A program made the translations under genes and the position numbers. Shown here in pieces: positions 6,945 to 16,421 of a DNA stretch of 64,000 nucleotides. The stretch spans positions 1,963-65,962 of IMG/VR virus record IMGVR_UViG_3300005805_000085; one strand, given 5' to 3'. This stretch comes from an uncultured virus (IMG/VR IMGVR_UViG_3300005805_000085). Taxonomy: Duplodnaviria; Heunggongvirae; Uroviricota; Caudoviricetes. Each line of letters opens with the position of its first letter. The stretch's first letter is position 1. The notes under the pieces were generated by a model, which saw only the letters and a list, made by a program, of their open reading frames with translations, did not search any database and was not told the DNA's origin.

Positions 6945-7717
6945 AATCTCCTGTAGATGTCAACTACACGATGTAGCTGCTGCTTATCTTCAACTAGGTA
7001 GGCTACCTCTAGCCGGTTAAGCTTAGCAAGCATATGATCAACTCGAGCACGAGTAGCCTCGTCATAATCTTTATTTAGAATACCTAGACCCTTTTGACTT
7101 GCGGTCCACTCGGTCCAGCCAGTAACCTCGTAGGGATCAGGCCGGTTGGGGCGGGCTTCGGTCCACCATAGGTAGAGCTCTTTAAGCTCACGAGCGGCAT
7201 GAGACTGATCTGGGCTTTCGTCGCCGAGTTGGATCTCCCAGTCTAGGTAGTCTAGGCCTGCTTGCCTACACCGCCAGCCGCGGGGGTAAGGCCACCGAAA
7301 CATCCACCACGGAGTGTTATACTTGATACGGCTATCCTTATCCCAACGTACTTGATCTAGCGCTTTGTCAATCTCCACAAAGTCGACCAGCTCGCTCATT
7401 ACACACGGCAGAAGGCGGTCACAGAAATCCCAGCCTGTTCCGGGTCGAATGTGTTCTTTATGTGCGCGAAGCACGTGATTAGGTCTTTGCCAACGCGTGT
7501 ACACCCAGTATACTAGGTTATCAATCCGGTCCGGAACCCAATGGATAGCAGCTTGTACATTATCTAGAAGTGTTTCAGCAATCCAGTAGCGAAGGGGACG
7601 CTTGGCCTTAGCTTCCTCATGCCAGCTATCCCAAGCACCCCACTCTAGGGCTGTGGGCTTAGGTGTACCACGAATCCGATCCGCTAGTGTGGTACAAGAC
7701 CAGTAGTGGGCTCTCAT
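6938..7717 (-). CDS. Hypothetical Trp-rich phage protein
   Basis: 259-aa ORF; ELKELYLWWTEARPNRPDP. Confidence 0.8.
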   Translation of the reverse strand: MRAHYWSCTTLADRIRGTPKPTALEWGAWDSWHEEAKAKRPLRYWIAETLLDNVQAAIHWVPDRIDNLVYWVYTRWQRPNHVLRAHKEHIRPGTGWDFCDRLLPCVMSELVDFVEIDKALDQVRWDKDSRIKYNTPWWMFRWPYPRGWRCRQAGLDYLDWEIQLGDESPDQSHAARELKELYLWWTEARPNRPDPYEVTGWTEWTASQKGLGILNKDYDEATRARVDHMLAKLNRLEVAYLVEDKQQLHRVVDIYRRLW

Positions 7718-7917
7718 TATGCTTTACTCCAGGTATGTGCAATCTTAACAAAAACACCAGCAATACACAACAACCAAGCTCCCGTAAACTTTTGTGAATC
7801 CCAGTTTAAGATAATAGTATGGTCAAACATAATTAGTGTCCATAAGTCAACAATACCTATTAGTATGGGCAAGAAAAACAAAAAAGCTATTAAATTAAAT
7901 AGAACATTTTTTACCAC
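7717..7917 (-). CDS. Small membrane protein
   Basis: GTG overlapping the thyX stop; two hydrophobic segments. Confidence 0.5.
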   Translation of the reverse strand: MVKNVLFNLIAFLFFLPILIGIVDLWTLIMFDHTIILNWDSQKFTGAWLLCIAGVFVKIAHTWSKA

Positions 7918-8810
7918 TTTGCTTCTCCTGGAATAAGTTTGCGGTACTGAACCCAACCACAAAAGTTGCCAGACCATAATTGCCCATACCTGTCTTGATG
8001 CGATACACCGATACGTTCTAGAGTATCCCACTGCGTAATAGGAGTAGCCTGATGTTCAACTGGGCTAGCGTGTGCTGGTTTAGATTCTACTAATTGATCA
8101 TAGATACGAATAGCCTTGTCTAGTGAAGTGTCCTGACGGCGATAACTTACTTGTGCACAGCAACTAGCACTAATCTTGATAGCGTCGGCCAGCTTGATCT
8201 CTAGGCCTGTTTGCTCATCAATAAACATTTGAGTATGATTAGCTGCTCGAGTTGTACGAACATAAGGCAGATGCCATTCTTCTGGGTGAAGTGCTTGTGG
8301 CTGCGATTCCTTGTAGAGTATATGCATTTGGTGGGCAAGCTCCTTAAACTCAGGCTGTGCCATCTCATGATCTCGTAGCCAAAAAAAGTTTTCCCATTCT
8401 GTTGCAGTTACTACAGTTTTAACAATCTGAAACGGCTCTGTAAGCCGGTTAGTAATCTGCTTGTGTACATCAAAATCTGCTAGTAACCTACTGTAGCGAA
8501 TTGCGCTATCTCTAGCCTCCATCCAAGTTAACCTAGCATAGTTTTGCATATCTGGCAGTATTTCTTCATCTGCTTGCATCCCTGCTTTATTCTGACCCCA
8601 AACCGCAGGAACCGCAGTATTGTCACGAATATGTTCGTGCATTTTTTGTACAGGAATTGCTCGTGAACTAGCTGTATTGCGCGATAGCATACGGTGAGTA
8701 TTAAACTCAGCTAGGATGAATCTGGGATACTCAATTTCAAATGTAGTAATTCTGGACTTAGTGGGAGTATATACACTGTCCTTGATAATAGTAGCTTTTA
8801 TATTGCTCAT
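7911..8810 (-). CDS. thyX: Flavin-dependent thymidylate synthase
   Basis: AEFNTHRMLSRNTASSRAIP, phage-type ThyX motif; HASPVEHQATP. Confidence 0.9.
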   Translation of the reverse strand: MSNIKATIIKDSVYTPTKSRITTFEIEYPRFILAEFNTHRMLSRNTASSRAIPVQKMHEHIRDNTAVPAVWGQNKAGMQADEEILPDMQNYARLTWMEARDSAIRYSRLLADFDVHKQITNRLTEPFQIVKTVVTATEWENFFWLRDHEMAQPEFKELAHQMHILYKESQPQALHPEEWHLPYVRTTRAANHTQMFIDEQTGLEIKLADAIKISASCCAQVSYRRQDTSLDKAIRIYDQLVESKPAHASPVEHQATPITQWDTLERIGVSHQDRYGQLWSGNFCGWVQYRKLIPGEAKW

Positions 8811-8811
8811 T

Positions 8812-9237
8812 TTAGTGGTAAAATGTGTGCCGACCTATTGTAGCCAGCTTGCGATGTTGCCAGCGTGGGCGAACTGTATGATTGTGAAAGTATAGTGCAG
8901 GAAAGTGTCTGGCATACTCATGTGCAAACTCTTGTGCAATAAGTGCTACTAAGATGCTATCATTCCAAGCTATGGTATCAGTTATCCTAAGATGCTTGTT
9001 ACCAGTCCAGTGAAACTGTCCGGGTTGATAAACTACTTTACAAATAGTTTTAGGAAACTGCCAATGCTTAGTACGATTTATGGTAGTTATTGCTACTGCC
9101 ATTTTACCCTGCCAAGGTTCACCGCGGGCTTCGTGGTAAATATTACGAGCCAAGCACTGTGTTTCTGAATCCGTAGGCTTTGCCCAAGCACTGCCAATTA
9201 GCACTGCGCCACACAACACAACAAAAAACTTTTTCAT
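8812..9237 (-). CDS. Cell wall hydrolase, SleB/Hydrolase_2 family
   Basis: Signal peptide; CLARNIYHEARGE, VVYQPGQFHW, ALYFH, IGRHTFY. Confidence 0.9.
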   Translation of the reverse strand: MKKFFVVLCGAVLIGSAWAKPTDSETQCLARNIYHEARGEPWQGKMAVAITTINRTKHWQFPKTICKVVYQPGQFHWTGNKHLRITDTIAWNDSILVALIAQEFAHEYARHFPALYFHNHTVRPRWQHRKLATIGRHTFYH

Positions 9238-9276
9238 TTGAGCCCCCTTGGTGGATTGCTCAAATCACACACTAGT

Positions 9277-9423
9277 TTAGTCTACAATTTGCCATACTTG
9301 CCAGTTCTTTCGTTGAATTCGGTTAAGATCAATTCGATTCTTGTAACAATGCAGCCACGCGTCTAGATAGAATAGGAATTCGTTAGCTAGAAGCGGCACT
9401 TTGTCCATTTTTACGATTTGCAT
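9277..9423 (-). CDS. Small hypothetical protein (48 aa)
   Basis: MQIVKMDKVPLL...WQIVD downstream of promoter 9489-9517. Confidence 0.45.
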   Translation of the reverse strand: MQIVKMDKVPLLANEFLFYLDAWLHCYKNRIDLNRIQRKNWQVWQIVD

Positions 9424-9488
9424 TTTTGGTGTGATTTGGTAAAGGTTATTAATGGGTTCTAGCCTAAAAAGTAATGACTAGATTATAT

Positions 9489-9592
9489 ATTATACTCTAT
9501 CAACAAAAATAAATCAAGTCTGAAATATAACCAGGTCCTTGATGGGCAATAAAAATTTTGTGTTGCGCAAGGTTCTGCTAGAGTGCTATAAT
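9489..9592. promoter_or_regulatory. Divergent promoter pair at the strand switch
   Basis: Minus TTGATT-N17-TATAAT (9489-9517); plus TTGCGC-N18-TATAAT (9563-9592). Confidence 0.7.
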
Positions 9593-9616
9593 TATAAAAA
9601 TTGTGGAGGATTTACT

Positions 9617-9799
9617 ATGCAAACAGATTACACTAAAAATCTAGAACAGGTTATTAGACAAGAATTGCTTCCTACGTATTTAAAGTATAATAGAGAACAT
9701 ACCATAGAAACTAGTCCTAAAGTAAATGAACTTATAGAAACACTTGCGGTTCGTCGTGAACAGCAGGTTCCAGCACTGTTTAAACCACCAAAAAAGTAG
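9617..9799 (+). CDS. Hypothetical protein
   Basis: GGAGGA RBS before ATG 9617. Confidence 0.65.
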   Translation: MQTDYTKNLEQVIRQELLPTYLKYNREHTIETSPKVNELIETLAVRREQQVPALFKPPKK

Positions 9800-9801
9800 C
9801 G

Positions 9802-9830
9802 TTGACATAATCTTCCACAAATGCTATAAT
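9802..9830 (+). promoter_or_regulatory. Consensus sigma-70 promoter
   Basis: TTGACA-N17-TATAAT. Confidence 0.85.
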
Positions 9831-10037
9831 ATTACTTTGCGTGGTGTTCAAGGATTTGACCACGAACTGCTAGTTGCAAGAAACAACTCAAATGCCTTAA
9901 TCCACTATATAATCTGGGCCGTACACGGCTCAGAGGTACAAGTTGGATGCTACACTATAAGTCCTGTGTACAGGTAAGTGTGTTCCCGCGGCCAAGTTCT
10001 CCTACGAGACTTGGCCGCCTTTGTCTATACTATAACC

Positions 10038-10493
10038 ATGACAACTATAAATTTTACACAAACACCACTATATTCGCAAGAAGAAGTAGACAAAATGAAA
10101 CAGGCTATAGAAACAAATCAGTTTTTTGGGCCTGGCTGGAGTAAGCCTACTTGGAAAGAAGTCACACCAAAGCTACAAGGTACTGCATTAAAGTATGACA
10201 GCCATAAGGCCCCTATGAGCCTGCTGAGCAGTGAAGCACTACATCAAACTGCTATGGTACTAGCCTTCGGCAAAGACAAATACGCTGCACATAATTGGCG
10301 TGGCGGATTTGAGTGGTCCCGTCCCCTTAGTGCAGCACTACGCCACATCTTAGCGTTTCAAGACGGTGAAGATCGTGATCCTGAATCGGGACTAAGCCAC
10401 CTAGCTCACGCTATGTGTTGCATTATGTTCCTCCTAGAATTTGAAAAAACACACCGTGAACTCGATGACCGCTGGAAGCCTGAAACTAAGTGA
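10038..10493 (+). CDS. dATP/dGTP diphosphohydrolase-domain protein (DUF5664)
   Basis: KYDSHK..VLAFGKDKYAAHNWRGG..AALRH..DPESGLSHLAHA. Confidence 0.85.
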   Translation: MTTINFTQTPLYSQEEVDKMKQAIETNQFFGPGWSKPTWKEVTPKLQGTALKYDSHKAPMSLLSSEALHQTAMVLAFGKDKYAAHNWRGGFEWSRPLSAALRHILAFQDGEDRDPESGLSHLAHAMCCIMFLLEFEKTHRELDDRWKPETK

Positions 10494-10692
10494 GCTGGTT
10501 AAACGCCTAGAGCGTACCCGTGTGCCACTTAAAAAAGTATGCAATGAACTTGACTTAGACTACGAAAGTATACTAGAGATGGACATTGGCATAGAGCAAT
10601 GCACACACTGTTCAATCTGGTCTAAGCGCTTAATCCTAGACCTAGATCAAAATCCCATTTGTAGTGTATGCAGGGATATAGCTGGTATGTAA
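10465..10692 (+). CDS. Small Zn-finger protein
   Basis: CTHC...CSVC. Confidence 0.6.
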   Translation: MTAGSLKLSELVKRLERTRVPLKKVCNELDLDYESILEMDIGIEQCTHCSIWSKRLILDLDQNPICSVCRDIAGM

Positions 10693-10696
10693 AACA

Positions 10697-10771
10697 CTGG
10701 CCGTCGTTCAACGGATAGGACAGCATTCTTCTAAAGTGCGAATGGGGGTTCGATTCCCTCCGGCCGGGCCA
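10697..10771 (+). tRNA. tRNA-Arg(UCU)
   Basis: Cloverleaf, GCATT-ct-TCT-aa-AGTGC, encoded CCA. Confidence 0.9.
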
Positions 10772-10783
10772 TAAATTCCTATC

Positions 10784-10812
10784 TTGACCCTAAATCTCAA
10801 AAATTATATAAT
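10784..10812 (+). promoter_or_regulatory. T5-type promoter containing GACCCTAAA
   Basis: TTGACC-N17-TATAAT. Confidence 0.8.
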
Positions 10813-10841
10813 ATTTATTCAATAATCAAACTGAGACAATC

Positions 10842-11699
10842 ATGCGAGTTCATGTCGCTAGTGACCTACACATTAACTTTGATACCGGATACGACACACT
10901 AGTCTTGCCGGGCGGAGATCTCCTGCTCCTGTGCGGTGACCTCTTAGAGGCGGGACATATCAGACTGGCCCACAATGTGGGGCGTGGTATAAGTACACTA
11001 GATGCGTATCACAAGTTTTGTGATACTCAACTGCCCAAGTATGGGCAAGTTCTATACGTGTTCGGCAATCACGAGTATTACAACCATGATTTCTCAACTG
11101 CGCGTAAACGTATCGAGCCCCTCCTACCCCCTAACGTAACTATCCTACAAAACAGTTATGTTAAGATTGAAGATTACCTGATCTGGGGCGCTACGATGTG
11201 GACGGATAATGATCGTGGTAATCCTACAGTTGCCCATGCTATTGGTGGACTTATGAGCGATTACCAAGTAATCAAACATGAGCCAGCTAAACTTGTAGAG
11301 GGAGCTGGTGGTGGCTACTGGACTAACAGGTTTACTCCTAGCGATAGTGAACAAGAGCATCGGTATAGCCGTGCCCGCCTAGAAGAATTTCTCCTAGCCT
11401 ACCCCAGCCACAAAACTATTGTAATGACTCACCATGCTCCTAGCTACGAGTCAATTGCTAGTGAGTACCGGGAGCACGTGCATGGTTATATCAACCATGC
11501 ATACTACAGTGATCTTACTAGCATCATCTTAGACAATCCACAGATTAAACTGTGGGCACATGGTCATGTGCATTCGATGAACGACTACCAGATTGGTAGT
11601 TGCCGTGTGGTAAGTAATCCTCGTGGATATGCTGGTTATGAGCGGCAAGCCGAGCGGTTTGAACAGGCTAGTAGTAAAATCTGGATTGACTTGGAGTAG
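10842..11699 (+). CDS. Calcineurin-like metallophosphoesterase
   Basis: SDLH, GD, GNHE, THHAP, HGHVH, NPRGY. Confidence 0.9.
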   Translation: MRVHVASDLHINFDTGYDTLVLPGGDLLLLCGDLLEAGHIRLAHNVGRGISTLDAYHKFCDTQLPKYGQVLYVFGNHEYYNHDFSTARKRIEPLLPPNVTILQNSYVKIEDYLIWGATMWTDNDRGNPTVAHAIGGLMSDYQVIKHEPAKLVEGAGGGYWTNRFTPSDSEQEHRYSRARLEEFLLAYPSHKTIVMTHHAPSYESIASEYREHVHGYINHAYYSDLTSIILDNPQIKLWAHGHVHSMNDYQIGSCRVVSNPRGYAGYERQAERFEQASSKIWIDLE

Positions 11700-11801
11700 G
11701 CTATGAATATCCGACTACACAACTTTATACATTGTGGAAGTTTTACCGTAGTAGAGCGGCTAGTTATTGTTGTGGGGTGTGTAGTTGGGTTATTTTTAAT
11801 C

Positions 11802-11830
11802 TTGACTTAGTGGGTACAGTGTGCTATAAT
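11802..11830 (+). promoter_or_regulatory. T5-type promoter
   Basis: TTGACT-N17-TATAAT. Confidence 0.8.
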
Positions 11831-11853
11831 ATTCTTTCAACTGGAGAATAAAC

Positions 11854-12042
11854 ATGGCAGGTTATACCCGTGAATTTTTACTAGAATGTTTTGCGAGCAG
11901 ATATGAGCCACTGGGACTTGAAGCCACCGAAAAGCAGTACAAACTGGCTAGGGAATTCTACGACAAAGTTGGTAAAGACAAATTCAGAGTCTATGCTAGC
12001 TTGGACGCCGAAGCAATCCGTAACTATAAAAACAGACGATAA
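11854..12042 (+). CDS. Hypothetical protein
   Basis: GGAG RBS; stop overlaps the uvsE start. Confidence 0.7.
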   Translation: MAGYTREFLLECFASRYEPLGLEATEKQYKLAREFYDKVGKDKFRVYASLDAEAIRNYKNRR

Positions 12043-13043
12043 TGTTCAAACAACACCCACGAATTGGTTTTGCTTGCAAGATTCAAGAAAGCCATGACAA
12101 AGCAGCTCCTGGCTTAAACACCGGCACTACTACAATTACTTGGCTAAACAATCAGACCCGTGATGTAGCTGTGGCTAAACTGTGGGGTATTCTTGACAAG
12201 AATACAAACGCTATCCGTAAACAACTTGACTGGATAAGCAAACTACCACACAGTCAACGTATGTTTCGCCTAAGCAGCGACCTACTCCCAGCATATACTC
12301 ATGACGACTGGTCGTGGTTCTATTGGCAACCAGATGTTGTCAGTGAACTAGAAGCCCGGTTTGCACAGATCGGTGACCTTGCCAGACAACATGATATTCG
12401 CCTTAGCTTTCATCCGGGTCAATTTTGCGTGTTAGCTAGTGACAATCCTGAAATTGTGGAAAATAGTATTCAAGAGTTTGAGTATCACTGCGATCTTATT
12501 CGTTACATGGGATACGGTCGTGAGTTTCAAGACTTTAAATGCAACGTACATATTGCAGGTAAACAAGGTCCGGATGGCATTAAGCGGGCAATGACTAAGT
12601 TGAGCCGCGAAGCTCGTAATACACTCACCATTGAGAATGCCGAGTTTACATGGGGTATTGATGCCAGCCTAGAGCTAGTAGATACCTGTGCTCTTGTCTT
12701 AGACATTCACCACCACTGGATTATGAGTGGCGAGTATATTGAACCCCAAGACCCTCGTGTGCAGCGCTTATGGGAATCTTGGCGCGGTGTTAGACCAGTC
12801 ATCCACTACAGCCTAAGTCGTGAGAATGTGGTGGTAGAGCACGATGCTCAAACCAAGCCACAGCTGAGTGAACTGCTTCAACAAGGTTTTACCAAAGCCA
12901 AACTACGAGCACATAGTGATTACTACTGGAATGAAGAGTGTAATCGCTGGGCAGCAAGCTTTTCTCCCTATGCCGATATTATGCTAGAAGCTAAAGAAAA
13001 GAACCTTGCTCAACAGGCTTTTGTCAAGCAAATGAAAATTTAG
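12042..13043 (+). CDS. uvsE: UV-damage endonuclease
   Basis: RIGFACK, FRLSSDLLP, RLSFHPGQFCVLAS, TIEN, LDIHHH, AHSD, IMLEAK. Confidence 0.92.
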   Translation: MFKQHPRIGFACKIQESHDKAAPGLNTGTTTITWLNNQTRDVAVAKLWGILDKNTNAIRKQLDWISKLPHSQRMFRLSSDLLPAYTHDDWSWFYWQPDVVSELEARFAQIGDLARQHDIRLSFHPGQFCVLASDNPEIVENSIQEFEYHCDLIRYMGYGREFQDFKCNVHIAGKQGPDGIKRAMTKLSREARNTLTIENAEFTWGIDASLELVDTCALVLDIHHHWIMSGEYIEPQDPRVQRLWESWRGVRPVIHYSLSRENVVVEHDAQTKPQLSELLQQGFTKAKLRAHSDYYWNEECNRWAASFSPYADIMLEAKEKNLAQQAFVKQMKI

Positions 13044-13045
13044 AC

Positions 13046-13074
13046 TTGCTCTAGCCCAGTAGTTATGATATAAT
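13046..13074 (+). promoter_or_regulatory. Promoter of the tRNA/ncRNA cluster
   Basis: TTGCTC-N17-TATAAT. Confidence 0.8.
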
Positions 13075-13175
13075 ATTATTATAGTGTGAATGGGGCGGCA
13101 CAAACCGCAAAAGCTCAACAAGCGTCAGCTTGGGGTACATGAGCCACAACGATTAAAACCTTAGATCGTTACCAT

Positions 13176-13258
13176 GCCCAGGTGGTGAAATTGGTAGACA
13201 CGCTGGTCTTAGAAGCCAGTGCGCGAGCGTGACGGTTCGAGTCCGTCCCAGGGCACCA
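13176..13258 (+). tRNA. tRNA-Leu(UAG)
   Basis: CTGGT-ct-TAG-aa-GCCAG, long variable arm, CCA. Confidence 0.93.
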
Positions 13259-13441
13259 TAGTTAAGTATTTTGTTCGTCCTAGGTGAAATAAACAGGACA
13301 TTGCAGCCCAGAGAAATAAGGGTACCCGGCCGGTATATCCCTAAAGCGGGCTGAAGTTAATCGTAGCCGATTCTTAGCGGGATCATATGGCAGGAAGATT
13401 AACTCATGCGTAAGCAGGCAGTAAGCAAAATACTTTACTAT
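13258..13441 (+). ncRNA. ~180-nt multibranched RNA filling the tRNA-Leu/tRNA-Tyr spacer
   Basis: Closing stem ATAGTTAAGTATTTTG/CAAAATACTTTACTAT; inner GTCCT/AGGAC, CAGCCC/GGGCTG, AGTTAATC/GATTAACT. Confidence 0.6.
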
Positions 13442-13528
13442 GGATGCGTAGCCAAATGGTTGACGGCAGCGGGCTGTAAACTCGTGACACTAGAAACGCT
13501 GGTGGTTCGAATCCATCCGCATCCACCA
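13442..13528 (+). tRNA. tRNA-Tyr(GUA)
   Basis: GCGGG-ct-GTA-aa-CTCGT, CCA. Confidence 0.93.
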
Positions 13529-13531
13529 TAC

Positions 13532-14055
13532 TATAGCTAATTGACTAATAAGTAGGACACCCATATGTATAGTGTGGGCCAACCTCACCTGCAGTTAGCT
13601 ATACTATGGCTGTTGACTGGCCCGATATATGGCACTCTAAAGCCTGAAATGGGAAAACTTATTTCTAGTCAACATCCGTAACTGCGCTGCTCACGCTGAA
13701 CCTATAAACTCTAGGCTGGTGACTAGGCTGGGGTCGTACCCCGTAAAGATATTCGACTGTACAACGTGAACAGTGAAGTCTAGAGCAAGCAGGAATGAGC
13801 ACCTGCATATATAGTTCCCGCCACGCTTATATAATCAAATCCCTAGATTATATAGCGCAACAAGGCGAAAAAAGTTACGAGTGATGGTGGACTACGTAAC
13901 TGGACACTGGAGACCTGCGGGCCGTCGCCCAATAGTAAAAAGACACTATGAATCCACTTTAGGGAGTGGGGCCATAGTTCAATACATTAATGTAAGATGG
14001 AGTCGCTCTCCCATTATTCGGTCGCCCCGATAAAATCTAATGTATTGAACTATGG
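13532..14055 (+). ncRNA. Tandem run of stem-closed small RNAs
   Basis: Units 13532-13603, 13605-13680, 13688-13801, ~13811-13949 and 13972-14055 (perfect 18-bp closing stem). Confidence 0.55.
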
Positions 14056-14071
14056 TTTTTTGGAGATAACA

Positions 14072-14398
14072 ATGAGTCGTACTCTAAAAGATAAGCCGCA
14101 TAATGTAATATATCCAGAAGATAACTGGGATTTTGATTTCATTCTACTAGATAATGATCCAAAATCAAGAATTGGTTTTCGTTACATACAAGTTGCGGGC
14201 AAAAAAACTAAAAAGCGTAGAAACTACTGTCATTTTCGCTGGTATAGCACAACTCCTAGCTGGTGGACTCGTATTACAATGACTCGTCCACAACGTCGTC
14301 GTGGCCGTGTGTGGGAGCACACAGTGCTTAAAGCCACAGACTTAGAGCTAGTAGATCCTCCCACAGTAGGACGTAAACCGCACGTATATTATTATTAA
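14072..14398 (+). CDS. Basic hypothetical protein
   Basis: GGAG RBS; STTPSWWTR..RPQRRRGR..RKPHVYYY. Confidence 0.75.
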   Translation: MSRTLKDKPHNVIYPEDNWDFDFILLDNDPKSRIGFRYIQVAGKKTKKRRNYCHFRWYSTTPSWWTRITMTRPQRRRGRVWEHTVLKATDLELVDPPTVGRKPHVYYY

Positions 14399-14473
14399 GG
14401 GCTGCTAGTGATAATGGGAGCACGGTGCCTTTGCACGGCATAGGTCGGAGTTCGATCCTCCGGCGGTCCACCA
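14399..14473 (+). tRNA. tRNA-Ala(UGC)
   Basis: G3.U70 pair, GTGCC-tt-TGC-ac-GGCAT, CCA. Confidence 0.9.
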
Positions 14474-14479
14474 TCCAAT

Positions 14480-14556
14480 GCAGGGAATAGTGTTAGTGGC
14501 AAGCACGTCTGTCTGTGAAACAGAAAGTTAGGGATCGAAACCCGTTCACCTGCCCA
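14480..14556 (+). tRNA. tRNA-His(GUG), atypical acceptor/T arm
   Basis: TCTGT-ct-GTG-aa-ACAGA; T-loop ATCGAAA; bulged acceptor stem. Confidence 0.7.
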
Positions 14557-14624
14557 GCCAAATAAGATTTGGGAACCAACCCAAACAGCCCCCGTAAGGG
14601 GAATTTAAACACACGGAGATGTGT

Positions 14625-14822
14625 ATGATGGCATATAACGGATTAGACATTATTTCAGTCGATGTTCCGCTAATGCTTAGATTAATGGAATTTGCACGCG
14701 AAGATGCTAAACACGATAAAGATTTGCACTTTGTAGCAGAGCACTTAATCAGGCTAATGCAAACAAATACTCTCCTCACTATGAAACACTATGACACAAT
14801 AGTTGATAGAGGGGGTTTTTAA
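14625..14822 (+). CDS. Small helical hypothetical protein
   Basis: DVPLMLRLMEFAREDAK..DLHFVAE..LTMKHYD. Confidence 0.75.
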   Translation: MMAYNGLDIISVDVPLMLRLMEFAREDAKHDKDLHFVAEHLIRLMQTNTLLTMKHYDTIVDRGGF

Positions 14823-15025
14823 TGGGCGATAAATATTACAAGTTCGTAGAGATTGAGGTTAGCCCTAAACTCATGAAAAAGCTCTTGGAACATATCAAAG
14901 ACCCTAAGGTAACGCAAGATCATATAAACTATATGATGGAAAACTTGATGTGGTTAAGTAAACACGACGAGTGCCTTACCCTAGATGAATATGAAGTAAT
15001 CACAGAGAAACCCATAGTTAGTTAA
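14822..15025 (+). CDS. Small helical protein, probable paralogue of 14625-14822
   Basis: VSPKLMKKLLE..INYMMENL..LTLDEYE follows the same pattern. Confidence 0.7.
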   Translation: MGDKYYKFVEIEVSPKLMKKLLEHIKDPKVTQDHINYMMENLMWLSKHDECLTLDEYEVITEKPIVS

Positions 15026-15100
15026 CTATGGTCGGCAGCTAGGCTTGCCGGCCTAGTAGCCGTTTAACTCCACAAACAATAATAAAAAACGGAGAATAAA

Positions 15101-15859
15101 ATGGCAGAATCAATCACACCTGCAGGCATGATGATGAGTGGCGGCGACGGTCTTTTCGGAGGCGGTGGTCTTATTGGCGGTCTTATCTTAGGCTCGCTCC
15201 TACGCAACAATGGTAATCTCTTTGGAGGAGATGGCGCAGCTGCTGGAGCAACTCTACGTAGTCCGCCTGAGCAAGTTGACGCTAACATGAGCCTCATGCA
15301 AGCAATTGGCGATGTTAATCGTTCTGTTGCTCTAGGCACTGCAACCACAGAAACTAGCAATGCCACACAAACAGGCCAGCTAACAAATGCAATTAACTCA
15401 GCTACTAGCGCAAATCTAATTGCTATTCAAGGTGTCAAAGACAATGTTAGTCAAGGCACAATGATGCTTTCTCAGCAGTTAAATGGTGTTCAGCAGCAAG
15501 TAATGGAAAACCGTTACCAGCTAGCTCAAGACATTAACAATGACGGCGATAAGACTCGTGCTCTAATTACAGCACAATACGAAGCTACCCTAAACCGTCA
15601 GCTAAGCGATGCTAATGCACAAGTTATTGCACTACAAGCTCGTTTTGAAAACGCTGAACGCACTCGTGGTGTTGAGGTCAACACAACCAACAACATCACT
15701 CAGATGCAACAGCAAGCTCAACAGCAGCAACAGTACGGTCAGCTATACAATGCTCTCTGGGGTATTGCTCAGCAAATTCAGAGCACTAACTCAGCAATCA
15801 ATGTTGGTAGTGGAACACAAACCGCTAATCCATCAAACACAAATACAAATATTAGATAA
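15101..15859 (+). CDS. Gly-rich hydrophobic N-terminus plus Q/N-rich coiled-coil protein
   Basis: GLFGGGGLIGGLILGSLL; DGDKTRALI; poly-Q; GGAG RBS. Confidence 0.85.
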   Translation: MAESITPAGMMMSGGDGLFGGGGLIGGLILGSLLRNNGNLFGGDGAAAGATLRSPPEQVDANMSLMQAIGDVNRSVALGTATTETSNATQTGQLTNAINSATSANLIAIQGVKDNVSQGTMMLSQQLNGVQQQVMENRYQLAQDINNDGDKTRALITAQYEATLNRQLSDANAQVIALQARFENAERTRGVEVNTTNNITQMQQQAQQQQQYGQLYNALWGIAQQIQSTNSAINVGSGTQTANPSNTNTNIR

Positions 15860-15875
15860 TCTCTAATTAACGGTT

Positions 15876-15910
15876 GGCCCCCACGTTCAAAAGACTTGGG
15901 GGCGCTTTTA
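15876..15910 (+). terminator. Hairpin/weak terminator after 15101-15859
   Basis: GCCCCCA..TGGGGGC followed by GCTTTT. Confidence 0.5.
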
Positions 15911-15923
15911 CTAGGAGTTATCT

Positions 15924-16421
15924 ATGCTAAATCAAAGACAGCACTTATTGCCCATTATTGGTTGGTGTCCTGTAATACCTCCAGCACCACCAGCAGCTCC
16001 ATGTCCTCCGCCACCCCTACTCGAAGATAATGACCTTTTTATTAATTATAACGGCAGTGGCATGCCTGGTCCTCCGGGACCACCGGGTCCGCCAGGCCCA
16101 CAGGGACCAGAAGGTCCGCAAGGACCACCTGGCACAGTAGCTAATATACCAGTTACGCTTATAGATCAGAGTACATACTCGCCTACTATAGACGAATACT
16201 TTTTAGGCGTTATCTATGATGGCACAACTACCGTTACACTACCTGTAGGTGTGTTAGGCAAAGCCTATATCATCAAAGATAGTGTTGGCGATGCTGAAAC
16301 TAATCCTATTGTAGTTCAAGCTACTGGCTCTACTATAGATGGCGATACCAGCTATACAATTAATGTAAACTGGGCTAGTATTGGCCTAGTTTACAACGGC
16401 ATAGAATGGAATGTAATATGA
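15924..16421 (+). CDS. Collagen-like protein with C-terminal beta-sandwich fibre domain
   Basis: About 8 Gly-X-Y triplets; [18 protein letters not shown]. Confidence 0.85.
   Translation: MLNQRQHLLPIIGWCPVIPPAPPAAPCPPPPLLEDNDLFINYNGSGMPGPPGPPGPPGPQGPEGPQGPPGTVANIPVTLIDQSTYSPTIDEYFLGVIYDGTTTVTLPVGVLGKAYIIKDSVGDAETNPIVVQATGSTIDGDTSYTINVNWASIGLVYNGIEWNVI

Noticed and set aside
13605-13801. 6S, SRP or Y RNA identity for these hairpins
   Set aside because: Diagnostic motifs could not be matched by eye; left unassigned
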